A stretch of 64,000 bases of DNA from Felis catus (GCF_018350175.1 NC_058368.1:95110001-95174000), one strand, 5' to 3'. Counted from the first letter of the stretch, positions 23,646 to 36,268 are shown. Notes: generated by a model from the letters alone, not told the origin. Numbers and translations are program-made.

Positions 23646-25003
23646 TACAAATCTTGGGTGAATCAGAACACAGTGTTCAACGCTGCCCTCCCCACACCCA
23701 CCTTATTTACTAGTTCTTTAATTCCAGATAGAAGTTCAGACTCAAGACTGCTTTCATTGACCCTAGAAGCTAATGGTCCTGTTTGTGGATCGTGCACACT
23801 CAGTTCTTTGGCCAGTTCGCTCCTTTGTGTTGGCTGTTCTGCTCTTTAGGAGAGCTTTCCAGAGAAGTTGATACGTTACAGCAGCCAAAGTCATTCCTTC
23901 AGTCCACCCATCGATGCGTGTTTGCATCTTCTAGTTCTTACAAGAGAATCAGTGGCAAAGGAGGTCTGAAATACTGGCTGGAAATGAAAATTTTCTGTGG
24001 CTTTGCTTTCTCCTTCTGCAGACTCATTGGGAACTTGTAACGTTTCCTAGTTCCACCCATTCTATAGGTGAAAGGTCTTGTTTCTAACACATCATTCAAA
24101 CTTGCGTCCACTTCTTTGAGGGAGAGTCTCTAGAAATTTCTGATCTCTTTTAGATGGTCTTTAAAAAGCATTGTTTCAACATTTCTGGGGAAATGTAAAG
24201 GATTGTATAATCTGTAACATTTTATTGCATTTTGCTTACATGATAATAAAATCTGTATTTTTAAGTCTATACACTACTTAAATACTAAATGAAAGAAACT
24301 CGTTCCCAGCATGTGTCATTTAAAAGGCATCACTGACGGTAAATAAAAAATTAATGTGGTATGGGAACTTGTTCATTTTTGGTTCACAAAAGTAAAGTTA
24401 GCCATATCATAACAAAAAATATGTATTGAAGTTTGTTGGTTTTTTTTTCAATAAGATATCATGAAACCACTCAACCTGAACATGCCCATGTGGAAAGAAT
24501 ATTAAGAGCTCCTGAAAATTCCTGCAAATGAATAGGCACATTTTAACTATATTTGGAAATACAGTGATTGGGCATTAAGGAAAATCATGTTACTAAATGT
24601 TGTGGTGTCTCTATCCATGATCCAGTATGACTCTTCTAAGAAAGGTACTTCTGCTTACTACGTTTGGTTATGCTAAAGATAATTTTAGCCTTTCACAAAA
24701 TTTTCTGACAGCAAGGCCAGAAAATATGTATATGTGTTTTCCAGTCATCTAACATGAATGGATATATGGTTTATCAGGCTTGTTTCAAAAAGCAAGGCTA
24801 AAGAAAAATGTGTAGATGAAAATAAAGTGAAATGAAACATTTTAAAGTTAAAACAGATGAGGAGAAAGAGTTTATAGCATATGTAACAAAGAATGAATTG
24901 GTATCGACAATGTAGCTTTAAAAGTGTCTATAAATGAATAAGAAAAAGAACAAAAAGAAAAATCTGTGCAGATCATAAGCCGACAGTTATCAAAATAAGT
25001 TCA

Positions 25004-25240
25004 GGGGCGCCTGGGTGGCTCAGTTGGTTACATGCAGACTCTTGATTTCAGCTCAGGTCATGATCTCACAGTTCATGGGATGAAGCCTCACTTTGGGCTC
25101 TGCACTGATAGCACAGAGCCTGCTTGGGATCCTCTCTCTCCCTCTCTCTCTGCCCCTCCCCCACTCACAGTCACGCATTCTTTTTCTCTCAAAATAAATT
25201 AGTAAACTTAGGGAAAAAAGGAAACAGTCTTAAAAAAAAG
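25004..25240 (+). mobile_element. CAN-SINE
   Basis: ggggcgcctgggtggctcag head; CT tract; A-rich tail. Confidence 0.9.
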
Positions 25241-25365
25241 TTCAAAAAAAACCCTGAAAGGTAGGTGAAAAAAATGTCAAATTCCCCAATGATTAAAGTT
25301 ATGCAAATTGAAACAAAGTCAGATACCATTTCTTGGGTTAATTTTTCTTTTTTAAAAATTTATTT

Positions 25366-25590
25366 GGGGCGCCTGGGTGGCTCAGTTGGTTGAGCGTCAG
25401 ACTTCGGCTCAGGTCATGATCTCACAGTTTGTGAGTTTGAGCTCCGCATCAGGCTCTGTGCTGTCAGCTCAGAGCCTGGAGCCTGCTTCGAATTCTATGT
25501 CTCCCTCTCTCTCTGCTCCTCCCCAGCTCATGCTCTGTCTCTCTCTCCTTCAAAAATAAATAAAAACATTTAAAAAAATACATTAAAAAT
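25366..25590 (+). mobile_element. Feline CAN-SINE
   Basis: ggggcgcctgggtggctcag...gctcagagcctggagcctg. Confidence 0.9.
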
Positions 25591-25682
25591 TTTATTTTAT
25601 ATCTGGAAATTTGTACCTCTTAATTTTCTTTACCTATTTTACCTTTCCCCCACCCCTCCTCCCTGTGACAACCACCACTGGC

Positions 25683-25898
25683 TTTTTTTTAAGTTTATTT
25701 ATTTATTTTGATAGAGAGAGAGAGAGAGACCGAGCATGCGAGCTAGAGGGGCAGAGAGAGAGGGAGAGAGAATCCCAAGCAGGCTCCGCACTGCCAGCAT
25801 GGAGCCCGACACAGGGCTTGAACTCACAAACCAGGAAATCGTGACCTGAGCCAAAACCAAGAGCTGGACGCTTAACCAACTGAGCCACCCAGGAGCCT
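25683..25898 (-). mobile_element. CAN-SINE nested in L1
   Basis: Reverse copy; caaccacca on both flanks. Confidence 0.9.
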
Positions 25899-26549
25899 CA
25901 ACCACCAATTTGTTGACTATGTTTATGACTCTGTTTCTCTTGTGTTGATGTTGTTTACTTTGTTTTTTAGATTCATATATAAGTGAAATCATAGCGTATT
26001 TGTTTTTCTCTGACTTAGTTTATGTAGCCTAATACCCTCCAGGTCCATCCATGTTGTTGTAAATATCAAGATTCCATTCTTTTTTTAAGGCAGAGTAATA
26101 TTCCCGTGTGTGTGTGGGGGGGGGGGGCATGTGCACGCATATCCCATCCTCTTTATTAATTCATCTGTCAGTTGGCACTTGGGTTTCTTCTGTGTCTTGG
26201 CTATTGTAAATAATGCTGCAATAAGCATAGAGGTGCATGTATATTTTCAAATTAGTGTTTTCATTTCTTCACATAAATACCCGGAAGTGGGATTACTGGA
26301 TTGTGTAAAACTATTTTTAGTCTTTTTGAGGAACCTCCATACTTTTTCCACAATGGCCGCACCAGTTTGGATTCCCACCAACAGTGCACAAGAATTCTCT
26401 GTTCTCCACATCCTTGCCAACACTTGTTATTTCTTATACCGTTCTGACTGGTATGAGGTGATACCTCCTTGTGGTTTTGATTTGCATTTCTCTGATGATG
26501 AGTGACATTGAGCATCTTTTCCTGAGTCTGTTGGCCATCTGTATGTTTT

Positions 26550-26706
26550 CTTTCTTTCTTTCTTCTTTTTTTTAAAATTTAGATTCAAGTTAGTTAACAT
26601 GTAGTGTAGCATTGGTTTCAGGAGTAGAGTGTAGTGATTCATCACTTATGTATAATACCCAGTGCTCTATAAGTACCGCGTGCTCACCAGTGCTCCACTG
26701 GGGTTC
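26550..26706 (-). mobile_element. Very short carnivore L1 3' end nested in an older L1
   Basis: caagttagttaacat...ggtttcaggagtaga...gtgattcatc...acccagtgctc; flanks tatgt(a)ttttctt. Confidence 0.75.
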
Positions 26707-27704
26707 CTATGTATTTTCTTGGGGAAAATGCCTTTTCAGGTTCTCTGCCCATTTTCAATCAGATCGTTTGTTTTTCTGTGTGTTGATCTATAGAAGTTCT
26801 TTGCACAGTTTGGACACTAGCCCCTTATCAGATATATCTGCAAATACCTTCTTCTCTTCAGTAGGTTGCCTTTTTGTTTTATTCCTAGTTTACTGTACTG
26901 TGCAGAAGCTTTTTCGTTTGAAGTCATCTCCGTTGTTCATTTTTGCTTTTGTTTTCTTTGTCTCAGGAGACACATCTAGAAAAATGTTGCTGAGGTTGAT
27001 GACTAAGAAACTATTGCCTATGTTTTCTTCTAGGAGTCGTATGGTGTGCAGTCTTACGTTTAGGTCTTTAATCCTTTTTGAGCTTATTTAGCGGTCCACC
27101 TTATTTCTTTTGCATGCAACTGTCCCCTTTTCCCAACACCATTGATTGAAAACACTGTCTTTTCCCCATTGCACGGTTTTGCCTTCTTCATTGTAGATGA
27201 AATAACCATATTCCCATGGGTTTATTTCTGGGCTCTCAGTTCTATCCCATTGATCTGTGTGTCTGTTTGTATGCCAGCACCTTATTGTTTTGACTGTAGT
27301 TTGGGGGTTGATTTTTTGTTACCGCTTTGATCACAACTACATTGACTACTTTAGCCACGTAATTTGGGGGAGATTCTTCAAAGTGCGCAATTCATGTTTG
27401 GACACTAAACTGTTGATAATGGCCCTGTGAGCAGGACCCTTCATTCGAGGATGTTACCTACTTGGTAGGGAGACATAGTCCAGAACATTCCTGATGTTAT
27501 ATATGGAGGGCATTTTCATATGGGGGTTTAATCAAAAGCCTTCTTGAAATAATGGATGTATTTCAATTAATATCAATCAGGGCCGTTGCTCTATCACAGA
27601 AATGGGTTGAATTCCACAATAATACCACTATCACGATCAATAGCAGTACTAGCTCTCAGCTTGACACTATGAGTCTTCCTACTCCACTTCGTTGTACACA
27701 CTCC

Positions 27705-27771
27705 CGCGCGCACACGCGCGCGCACACACGCGTGCGCGCACGCGCGCGCGCGCACACACACACACACACAC
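27705..27771. repeat. Mixed (CG)/(CA) alternating pyrimidine-purine tract
   Basis: cgcgcgcacacgcgcgcgcacacacgcgtgcgcgcacgcgcgcgcgcgcacacac... Confidence 0.95.
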
Positions 27772-28103
27772 CACTAGCATCCAAGTTATGTTTCAGTGGG
27801 GTCTGGTTTTAATAAGTATTAATTTACTCATTCGTTCATTCATTCATTCACTCATTCAACAAACATCCACTAAGTGCCTACTCTCTTCAGGTGATCTTGT
27901 AGATGTATAAGCCAAGGTTAATGAAGCAAAGTTTCTACTTTCATGAGGTTTGCATTCTGTTGCAGGAGACAGACAAGCAAACAAACAGGTGAGACAGCAA
28001 TATGGTTTTCAGTAGTAACCAGTCCTATAAAGAAAAATAAAGCAGAGTAAGGCACTGAAAGCAAGCCAGTGGGGAGTAGGGAGGCAAGGTTATTTTAGAG
28101 GGG

Positions 28104-28963
28104 TGTGTATATATTCGCTATTGCTGCTGCAAGAAATGACTACAGACCTAGTGGCTTAAAACAACACCATTTATCTTACTCTTCTGCAAGCCAAAAACCC
28201 AAACTGAGTCTTACCGAAAGTCCAAAATGAGTCTTGCTGGCCTAAAGTCAAGACCTCTGCAGGGCAGCCTTCCTTCTGGAAGTTTTAGGGGAGAACAGTC
28301 TGTTTCCTGGCTTTTTCCAGCTTCTAGAATTCATTTCATTCCTTGGCTCATTACTAGGCCAACAGCCTAACATCTTCAGGTCTGTCTCTGACTTTTACTA
28401 TTGGGGAGGTCATGGAGAGGATGTGGCCGCTGGTTGACTCAGGAGCTGGACGAGGGCAATGAGAGGCTCTTTACCACAACACCTGTCCTTGGAATGTATA
28501 TTCTGTCCAGTGTTCCCACAGTATGAGCTGTTTGAAGGACACAACCTTGAGAGAGAAAGGTATTGTTGGAACCATTTGCCTGGTATACATGACTGAACCC
28601 AGTTAAGACCTCTCTACAAAACTTTAAGACTTTGGTGGCTGCTACTTATCTCATGGGTGCTTAAGACAAGCCTTGTATGTTAGTCCCTGTGCTTATTAAA
28701 ATGGCCTACCAATCTGGAGTGGTCTGCCTCTTTCTCCAGTTTCTCCTTGCCCTCCGTGTATGGAGGCCAATTTGCAAGCCCAACACTTACCCTCTTATAA
28801 GGACCCTTTGGATTACATTGGGCCCACCTGGATAACCCAGGAAAATCTTCCATCTTGAGATTCTTAACTTATTCACACCTGTAAAGTCTCTTTTGCCATG
28901 TAAGGTAATATATTCACAGGGTTCAGAAATTGGGACTGTGGACATCTATTATTATTCTGTCAC
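28104..28963 (-). mobile_element. MLT1C-like MaLR LTR split by an ERV LTR
   Basis: ctattgctgctg..gtggcttaaaacaacac; ctcttataaggaccct..gattacattgggcccacctggataa..ttttgccatgtaaggtaa. Confidence 0.85.
28399..28785 (+). mobile_element. Solo LTR, probably ERV1 class (family not identified)
   Basis: Termini tattggg...cccaaca (decayed TG..CA inverted ends), 4-bp TSD ttac, internal attaaa signal. Confidence 0.7.
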
Positions 28964-29532
28964 AAAGTAGTTGGGAAAAGTCTCTTTGGGGGTCTGACCT
29001 TTAGCAGAGACCCAAGTAAGCCATGGGAGATGCTGGTAGAAGGCAGAAAGAGCGAGTATAGGAGCTCTTTGACAAGACAAGTTGGGCACATACACAAGAA
29101 CAGAAGAAAGGCCAGTGTGGCTGGGACAGAGTAGATGAGGGGCAGGAGAAGGGCAGGGTCTGAGGTCCTGAGGAAAGCGGTCGCTGGATATGTGGGCTTT
29201 CATAGGTCCCCCTAGAAAACAATTTGGGATTTCATTCTGATTTGGGTAGCAGGCCTACTGGAGGGTTTCGAGGCAGGGAGGGGTATGATCTCATAAGTTT
29301 CTAGAAGTCAGTGAACTTAGAAACATTCCATTCTTAGCAGAGGTTTCAGGAGCAAACAGGACTGCTTCCTGGGCTCTTTGGTCAGTCAGTCAATGAAGAG
29401 AGCAGTAGGTTCTAGACAGAGTGAGATGTTGTTCATGTCTCCTCCCACCTCTGAGGGACCAAGTCCTGTGTTCAGCAGTGTGGTTGGGTGGTAAAGGTGT
29501 CGGGTGGGAAGGAGAATAAAAAGTGACGCCTC

Positions 29533-29743
29533 CGCCTGGGTGGCTCAGTCGGTTAAGCATCCGACTTCAGCTCAGGTCATGATCTGACGGTCCGTGAGTT
29601 CGAGCCCCGCGTCAGGCTCTGGGCTGATGGCTCAGAGCCTGGAGCCTGTTTCTGATTCTGTGTCTCCCTCTCTCTCTGCCCCTCCCCCGTTCATGCTCTG
29701 TCTCTCTCTGTCCCAAAAATAAACGTTAAAAAAATTTTTTTTT
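29533..29743 (+). mobile_element. Young feline CAN-SINE with perfect TSD
   Basis: TSD aaaaagtgacgcctc at 29518-29532 and 29744-29758. Confidence 0.95.
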
Positions 29744-30249
29744 AAAAAGTGACGCCTCGTTAGTAGATTGGTTAGTAGAAGAGTGGGGATGATCTTGGTT
29801 GGCTCTTCTCCTTTATTATTTTTTTTTCCAGCACAGGTAAAGGACAAAAGCTGCCGAAGGGTTGGGAATATCGGCTTTCTGGCAGAGACCCGAAAAAGTG
29901 TGTATTCCCTAAAATAGTTTGTTAGAGAGGATTGTTCTTAATTGAATTAAACAATCACTGTCATCCTGGTTTATCTCTCAACACAGGAAGGCACTTTAGT
30001 GATACAGAAATATTTCTGTAATGGTATACTTTGTAAAGTACTATAATTTTACCTTGCAAATATCTTGGTCTGGCATGATGTTCTTGTCACACAACTGTAT
30101 TGGTTGAAACTTCATCATTATTACTTATATTCTTCTAGCAATTTTGTATTTAGTATTTCTATGATTTGAGCTGGCGTTAAAATGACATGGTGCTCTCTAG
30201 TATTGGAAGCATAATTTTTCTCCCTTTGATTATAAAGGATTTCAGGAAA

Positions 30250-30251
<2 letters not shown>

Positions 30252-30285
<34 letters not shown>
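30252..30285. repeat. (TG)n microsatellite
   Basis: Direct repeat. Confidence 0.95.
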
Positions 30286-30287
<2 letters not shown>

Positions 30288-30399
30288 TTGAGTGATCTTT
30301 GAGCAAAGAGAAAACCAAATGTTCGTCCAAACATAACATAGTTCACTACCTCCAGTAATCATGCAATAGGTATCTTAACACCAAGATGTTTTCTCCTTT

Positions 30400-30631
30400 T
30401 TTCTGTTTTAAATTTGTGAGAGAGATTGAGAGAGAGGTAGGGAAGGAGGGAGGGAGAGGGGGAGCATGCGACAGTGGGGGAGAGGGGCAGAGAGAGAGTG
30501 AGAATCTTAAGCAGGCTCCATGCTCAGGGTGGAGCCCGATGCAGGGCTGGATCCCATGACTATGAGATCACGACCTGAGCCGAAATCTCAAGAGTAAGGC
30601 GCTCACCTGCCTGAGCCACCCAGGCACCCCT
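30400..30631 (-). mobile_element. CAN-SINE
   Basis: Reverse copy ending gagccacccaggcacccc. Confidence 0.88.
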
Positions 30632-32112
30632 TCTCTTTTCTTGTGGAAGCTCTTTCTCCTTAAGTATGAAGTCATCAGGTTAGGACCAAGGACAATAACA
30701 TTCTCCACTTTGCAGCTTCAGCTGGTGTTCCTGTTTATATGATCTGGGGCTAAATGACTTCTACAGTGTTGTTGGGGGAAGAAAAAGCCCTCACTGAGAA
30801 CATGCAAAAGACACCCAGACAGGAACGTCATGGGTTAACTGCTGTGTTCAAAGCAAGACTTCATAAAGGCAGAGCATCAGTCAGGAATTTAGGGGAGCAG
30901 GGAGAGAGGGTTGCATTTGTCTTGGCAATGTCCATAGTATTACAAAAAGAAGACTGTGGACCAGTGTAGACCATAACCATGCCTCCCCAAATAGCCAGAG
31001 TCAAGGAAAGGGTGTAATTGCCATAATTGTAAATAAGTGGCTCAGAGGAGCCTGTATTATATCACAGGGGTTTTATATACACTCATAACATTGAACAGAT
31101 TGTTCAAAATCAATTGAAAACAATAGAAAAAGTGTGACTGGGTAAATGAAAAGCTGCTCCTGTGACCTTTCCCTTGAATTCTGCCACAGACATGGTCTGC
31201 TCGATTGAACACAAAGCAGTATCCCAGCGTTTGAAGGTCATTTGACACCATCAGAGGCTTAGACGTTGGGTTTTAATTGGAACCTTCAGTTGTTATGAAA
31301 CCACTCACTTTTCTTCTTGGGTCGGAAAGAAGATCACACTCGTTAAAAGTTTTATGGTAGAGATTGTGCTAAAGAGAATAGTCAAGGCAAAAAAAAAAAA
31401 AAAAAAGAGAGAGGGCGTGCAAGAAGAAAAAAGTACAAGAGATAAAGAAGATAAAGAAAAGAGATAAACAGAGGAGAACCTAGAAGTATTAAGAAGAAAA
31501 AGTGGAACCAGGAAACTTACCTTGGAAAAGCTATGGGGAAAGTGGGTTCTGTGTATTACGTTAGCATTGAGAACACAGCTAATATTTGGCTCTTTAGTTG
31601 AAATAGGCTGACTGCCAAATCCAGATGAAACGTGAAAAATGTAATCAGTTATCCAGATGTTTCCAAATATCTGGATTTTTCGCATCAAACAGATAAAACA
31701 TCTCAGTGATGGACTGAATTTTCTGCTTTGCTTGTGTATATGTTGACATCATGTGACAGCCAAAGATGGGTTGGCACCTGTCCATACGAAATATGTTTCC
31801 ATCTTGAACCTGTTTAACATATAGTAACACTTAGGGCAGCCTCTACAGGCATGTGTTTGCTCTGGCTCTGACACAGCACTCTGCCGTCACTATCTTTGTA
31901 TATCAGAAGGAGAATTAATGTTAAGCACATTGTCATCACCCATGAAAGGAGGTGACAGTGTTTTGAAAGATATTGCAAAATACTTGGAAAGAATCAGAAT
32001 GCCTCTCTTTCAACAGCTTGATGTTCACTGGTGCTCAAGAATTTGGAAAATCATTTTGATTTCATTCTAATCCCTGGGAAAGACTGAAGAACACATCCCG
32101 AAGCTAGTGAAA

Positions 32113-32472
32113 AAATGGATCAGCGGAACCCTTTCTGCAAAGCCAGATAGAAAATAGTTTGGGCTTCATGGGCCACGCCGTCTCTGATGCTGCCTTTCAC
32201 CTCGGTCGCTGTGCTGTGAAAGCAGCCGTAGATGATCCATACGTCACTGAGAGTAGCTGTGATCCAATAAAACTTTACTTATGGACAACAAAATTTGCAT
32301 TTCGTGTAATTTTCATGTGTCATAAGGTGTTTTTCTTCAGATTTCTTTCCAACCCATCTAAAACTATAAAAAAAAAAAAAACAACAACCAAAAAACCACT
32401 CATTACCTCTCAGGCTGCGCAAACAGGTGGCGGGCTGGATTTGGCCTGCGGGCCCTAGTTTGCTAACCTCTG
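32113..32472. mobile_element. MER58B-like hAT MITE
   Basis: gccagatagaaaatagtttgggctt, ccaataaaactttacttatggac, ggctggatttggcctgcgggccctagtttgctaacctctg. Confidence 0.85.
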
Positions 32473-32509
32473 CCCTAAAATATGAGAGCTCTAGATGGAT
32501 AAAAATGCA

Positions 32510-32900
32510 ATCATAATAGTAAACATTTGCAGTATGTTTACAATGTGCCAAGTGCTATACTAAACACTTTACGTGTTCTATAGCAATTTAATCCTCAAAA
32601 GAGCCCCGTGAGGTAGATACACTCATTTCCTTCACTATATGAAGAGGAAATGAAACCACAGAGATTCAGAGCAATAGAGCCACTGTGTACCATTGCGTGG
32701 ATTGCTTACTGCACGTGGGTGCTCGGTCACAAGGGAGCATGGGGGTCAGTAATGAGCTCTCCAGCCTCCTCTGGATTCCATCTGCCCAGAGGGACACGTG
32801 TTTCTAATTTGAAGGGGGTCTTAAGGGCTAGCCTTTGAAGTAACTTGTTCAAGGTTACACGGTCTCCAAGTGGTGGAATCGGAATTTGAACGCAGGACCC
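32510..32900 (-). mobile_element. MIR fossil split by MER91A
   Basis: atttaatcctc..gtgaggtagatac..gaggaaatgaaaccacagag | aagtaacttgttcaaggttacac..ggaatttgaac. Confidence 0.75.
32675..32837. mobile_element. MER91A-like hAT MITE
   Basis: actgcacgtgggtgctcgg..catctgcccagagg..tttctaattt..gggctagc. Confidence 0.6.
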
Positions 32901-33599
32901 GGTCCCTAAAAACTCTGCTCTACTGTTGAAGCAGTTCTTTGCCTGCCTTTTGAATGTATTTTGTGTTCCGTGTGTTTTCTCACTTTTTTTGCTTTTGTTT
33001 GTGTTTGTGTTCTTTGGCCCAGCTCTTTGTTTCTTTATGAAGTCTCCCCTACTTCCGCAGGACTAACAAATTCAAGTAGTCTTAGGTGGCTTTGTTCCTG
33101 GAGTTGGACACGTTTGTCTTCGCAGTCGTCTCATGCAACAGCGTGGCCAAGCGTCAGAAGACATTGAACAGCGGTACCACCGGAACATTACAAGCATGAA
33201 AACATCCCAAGGATGGAAACACTTGTTTTCTCTTCACTTTTGTAATTCTTTCCCAGCCCAAACCAAGACGGCGAATCTCCCAAGGGACAAGGGCGAACAG
33301 CAGCTTACAATAGCAGACTGAAATATATCACAGGGCTTTTGCCAGTGACGCTGCTTAGACACGATGAACTGTCTTACTCCCGGTGTCGATTGCCAAAATG
33401 AGTTCCACTCGTCAGAATGTTTCCTTCCGCTCTCTCATGCCCTCATTTCTTTTGTCCATCCCCCCCTGAATGCAGGCCCATTCTCCTTTTTCTCCTGGGT
33501 TGCACAAATTGTGCCCCATAGTGCTGCCTTGTTCCAGTATCACTCCCTGGCTCTTCACAATCCGTTATGCCAACGTCGTATTAACCTTAGAATATAACT

Positions 33600-33802
33600 T
33601 TCTTTTTTTTAAGTATATGTATTCACCCTGAGAGAGAGGGGTGTGGGAGGGGCAGAGAGAGAGGGAGAAAGAGAATCCAAAGCAGGCTCCAAGCCATCAG
33701 TGCAGAGCCTGACACGGGACTAAATCCCACAAACCGTGGGATCTTGACTTGAGCTGGAATCCAGAGTCAGATGCTTCACCGACTGGGCCACCCAGAACCC
33801 CC
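33600..33802 (-). mobile_element. CAN-SINE
   Basis: Reverse copy; TSD gaatataa(c/t)ttt. Confidence 0.88.
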
Positions 33803-35104
33803 ATGAATATAATTTTCAAAAACTATTTCACAGTCAGGGTCCAGACTCCCAGTGGGTATCTTGTTGCCTATGGTATCTGATACAGACTTCTGAGCCAGAC
33901 ATTCCAGACCATCCACAGGGCGGCCTCTCTTTATTTTTCTGGTTGCTCACTGTTCCCTCGGTTCAGTCTGCCAGACGCGTCTCCTCATTAGCACCCTTGA
34001 ATGTGCTCACCTTCAACTCTGCGTGCTCATGCGTGCCATCACATTGCCTGGAGAGCCCTGCTTCGTCCCCTGGTCTTCCTGTTTTTACGTATTCTGTTGA
34101 GATCCCAGGTGAGATTCTGCCTTCTCCAGGGTTTCACTTGGATCACCGTCCTGTCTCCTTCACCATTGGGCTACTTTCTGTGTTTGTTGTTCTCAGGTTC
34201 GTTTAGTCTCGGTAGCCCGTATATACACGAGATCCTACACCCTATGGTAGAATTCACCGCATTGTCTCTTTTCATCCGCGAGCCCCGTACCCCAAACCCT
34301 GGTCTACACCTTTTCACTTTGTAGACCTCATCTTGAGATCTGACTATGATCCGACTATCTGCCCGTGCTGTTGGGCTTGTAGAAGAACAAGCCGACAAGC
34401 AAAACACAACCAGGAAGACACTGGATCCTCTGTTAATGCTCCAAGACAGGGTAGCCCTGAGAGCTTCTCATCTCTGTACTCGGTTTTAATGGTCCTCTGC
34501 TGTTCCCACGTCCTGCTGGGAGCCCAGGAATCTTCGTGAAGGCTGCTTATATTTCTGTCAATGTGCACAATGTAGCCATCCCTCTTGGGGCTGGCAGACT
34601 TCCTAGCAGGCTGCTTAATGCAGGGCACAGCTCTGTGCTCTTGGGACGGGTCCCAGACCCCCGCCTCTTCCACATTTCCCCAAGCCCAGGGACCTGGGAG
34701 AGTTTAGGGGAACTTCTCCATTCCTCTGTCTTTGGGATGTGAATAGCCCATCTCTTTCCCCATGGTTTTAGGCTTTTATAAAGCAAAGACACAAAAGCCC
34801 GTTTTTTCCAGTCTATTGTGGGCCCTTCCTGAATGAGTGGAGATCTGGTCTTATGCTGGAGTGGGGTGGGGTGGGAGAGCTTTACTGGGAAAAGAAGAAA
34901 AAAAGAAAGGAAGAAAAATACAGAGGAGAAGAAAATTAAGTGAATATTTAAAAAAAATATTAACCTCCAGGCCTTTTTTTGTTGTTTTCTATTATGCTTT
35001 CCACAACATTGGCGATAATGAAAAAGGAGCTTAATAAAAACTGCCTCATTTAACTCCTTGAGCTTATAATTTACATTTACAGTGAAAGCAGTGTGTTTCT
35101 AGCA

Positions 35105-35372
35105 TTAAGAAGCAAAGCAAACGATCATAGGAGGAAAAAAGACATAGGCAAACCAAGAAACCTGACTCTTAACTGTAGAGAACAAACCGATGGTTATGAG
35201 GGGGAAGCTGGGGGCGGGGTATGGACGAAATGGATGATGGAAATTCAGTAGTGCTCTTGCTGTGATGAGTCCTGAGTATTGAATGGCGTGTTGAATCACT
35301 AAATTGTACACCTGAAACTAGTATCACACTGAGTGTTAACGAACTGGAATTTAAGTAAGAACTTAAAAAAAA
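35105..35372 (+). mobile_element. Carnivore L1 3'UTR fragment
   Basis: gactcttaactgtagagaacaaaccgatggtt...ttgaatcactaaattgtacacctgaaacta. Confidence 0.85.
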
Positions 35373-35374
35373 TT

Positions 35375-35590
35375 GGCACCTGGGTGGCTCAGTCCATAAA
35401 GAATCCAACTCTTGATCTCAGCTCAGGTCATGATCTCGTAGTTCCTGAGCTCAAGCCCCACATCAGGCTCTCTGCTGTCAGTGCAGAGCCTGCTTTGGAT
35501 CCTCTGTCTTCCTCTCTCCCTCCCCCTCCCTCACGTGCTCTTTCTCTCTCACTCAAAAATAAAATAAACATTTGAAAAAATTTTAAAAAG
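35375..35590 (+). mobile_element. CAN-SINE in the L1 tail
   Basis: ggcacctgggtggctcagtc head directly after the L1 A tail. Confidence 0.9.
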
Positions 35591-36074
35591 TAAAGCTATC
35601 ATCTTAAAAAAAAAGAACTTAAAAATACTTTTAAAAAAAAGAACTTTTAATAACATTCTTTTAGTGACTTTCACAGCTGAATTAGATTTGACTAACATCA
35701 TTACGATTTAAGCACAAAAGATGTCCTCTTCCAGATAGGTGGTTTTTCATCCTCATATAACATCCTTGTGTGTAGGAGTGAGGAAGAAAGGTAGAGTCTG
35801 TTTACAAAGAAGCAGCTTTGGCTCTCAATGACATCAGCAGGTAAGTAGGTGGCAGTGAAGTCTGTGCAGGTAACTGGCTGGAGAACTCCCTGTGTTTACC
35901 TCATTCCTTGGCGTGATTCATTTGCAAACGCTGTCCACGTAGGCTGTGCCAGGTACATCCCTGTGTGAACATCTTGCTTCATCCAGATGAATCCTACGTA
36001 CGTCCACTGGGTTTCAGTGCAGAGTGCACTCAGAGAATGCCCAGTATCGATAGTGAGGGATTTTTACCTATCTC

Positions 36075-36268
36075 CTTTAAAAAAAAAAAAAAAATTTGGG
36101 AGAGTGCAAGTTGGGAGGGGCAGAGAGAGGGGACAGAGGATCCGAAGCAGGCTCTACCCTGATAGCAGTGAGCCCGATGTGGGGTTTGAACTCCTGAACC
36201 ATAAGATCGTGACCTTATCTGAGCTGAAGTCGGACACTCCACCAACTGAGCCACCTAGCTAGGGGCCC
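36075..36268 (-). mobile_element. CAN-SINE
   Basis: Reverse copy; flanks tctcctt(t)aaaaa. Confidence 0.85.

Larger units (their letters stand above)
25595..27310 (-). mobile_element. L1MA-like LINE 3' end (antisense), with nested insertions
   Basis: tagattcatatataagtgaaatcat, ggtccatccatgttgttg, tggttttgatttgcatttc, cccaacaccattgattgaa antisense L1 ORF2/3'UTR motifs. Confidence 0.88.
27820..29310 (-). mobile_element. L2a fossil split by MLT1C
   Basis: (cattc)n aacaaacat..taagtgcctact 3' end; resumes after 28963 (tgacctttagcagagacc...ggagggtttcgaggcaggg). Confidence 0.75.

Noticed and set aside
26612..27091. 159-aa hydrophobic ORF
   Set aside because: Antisense reading of L1 sequence.
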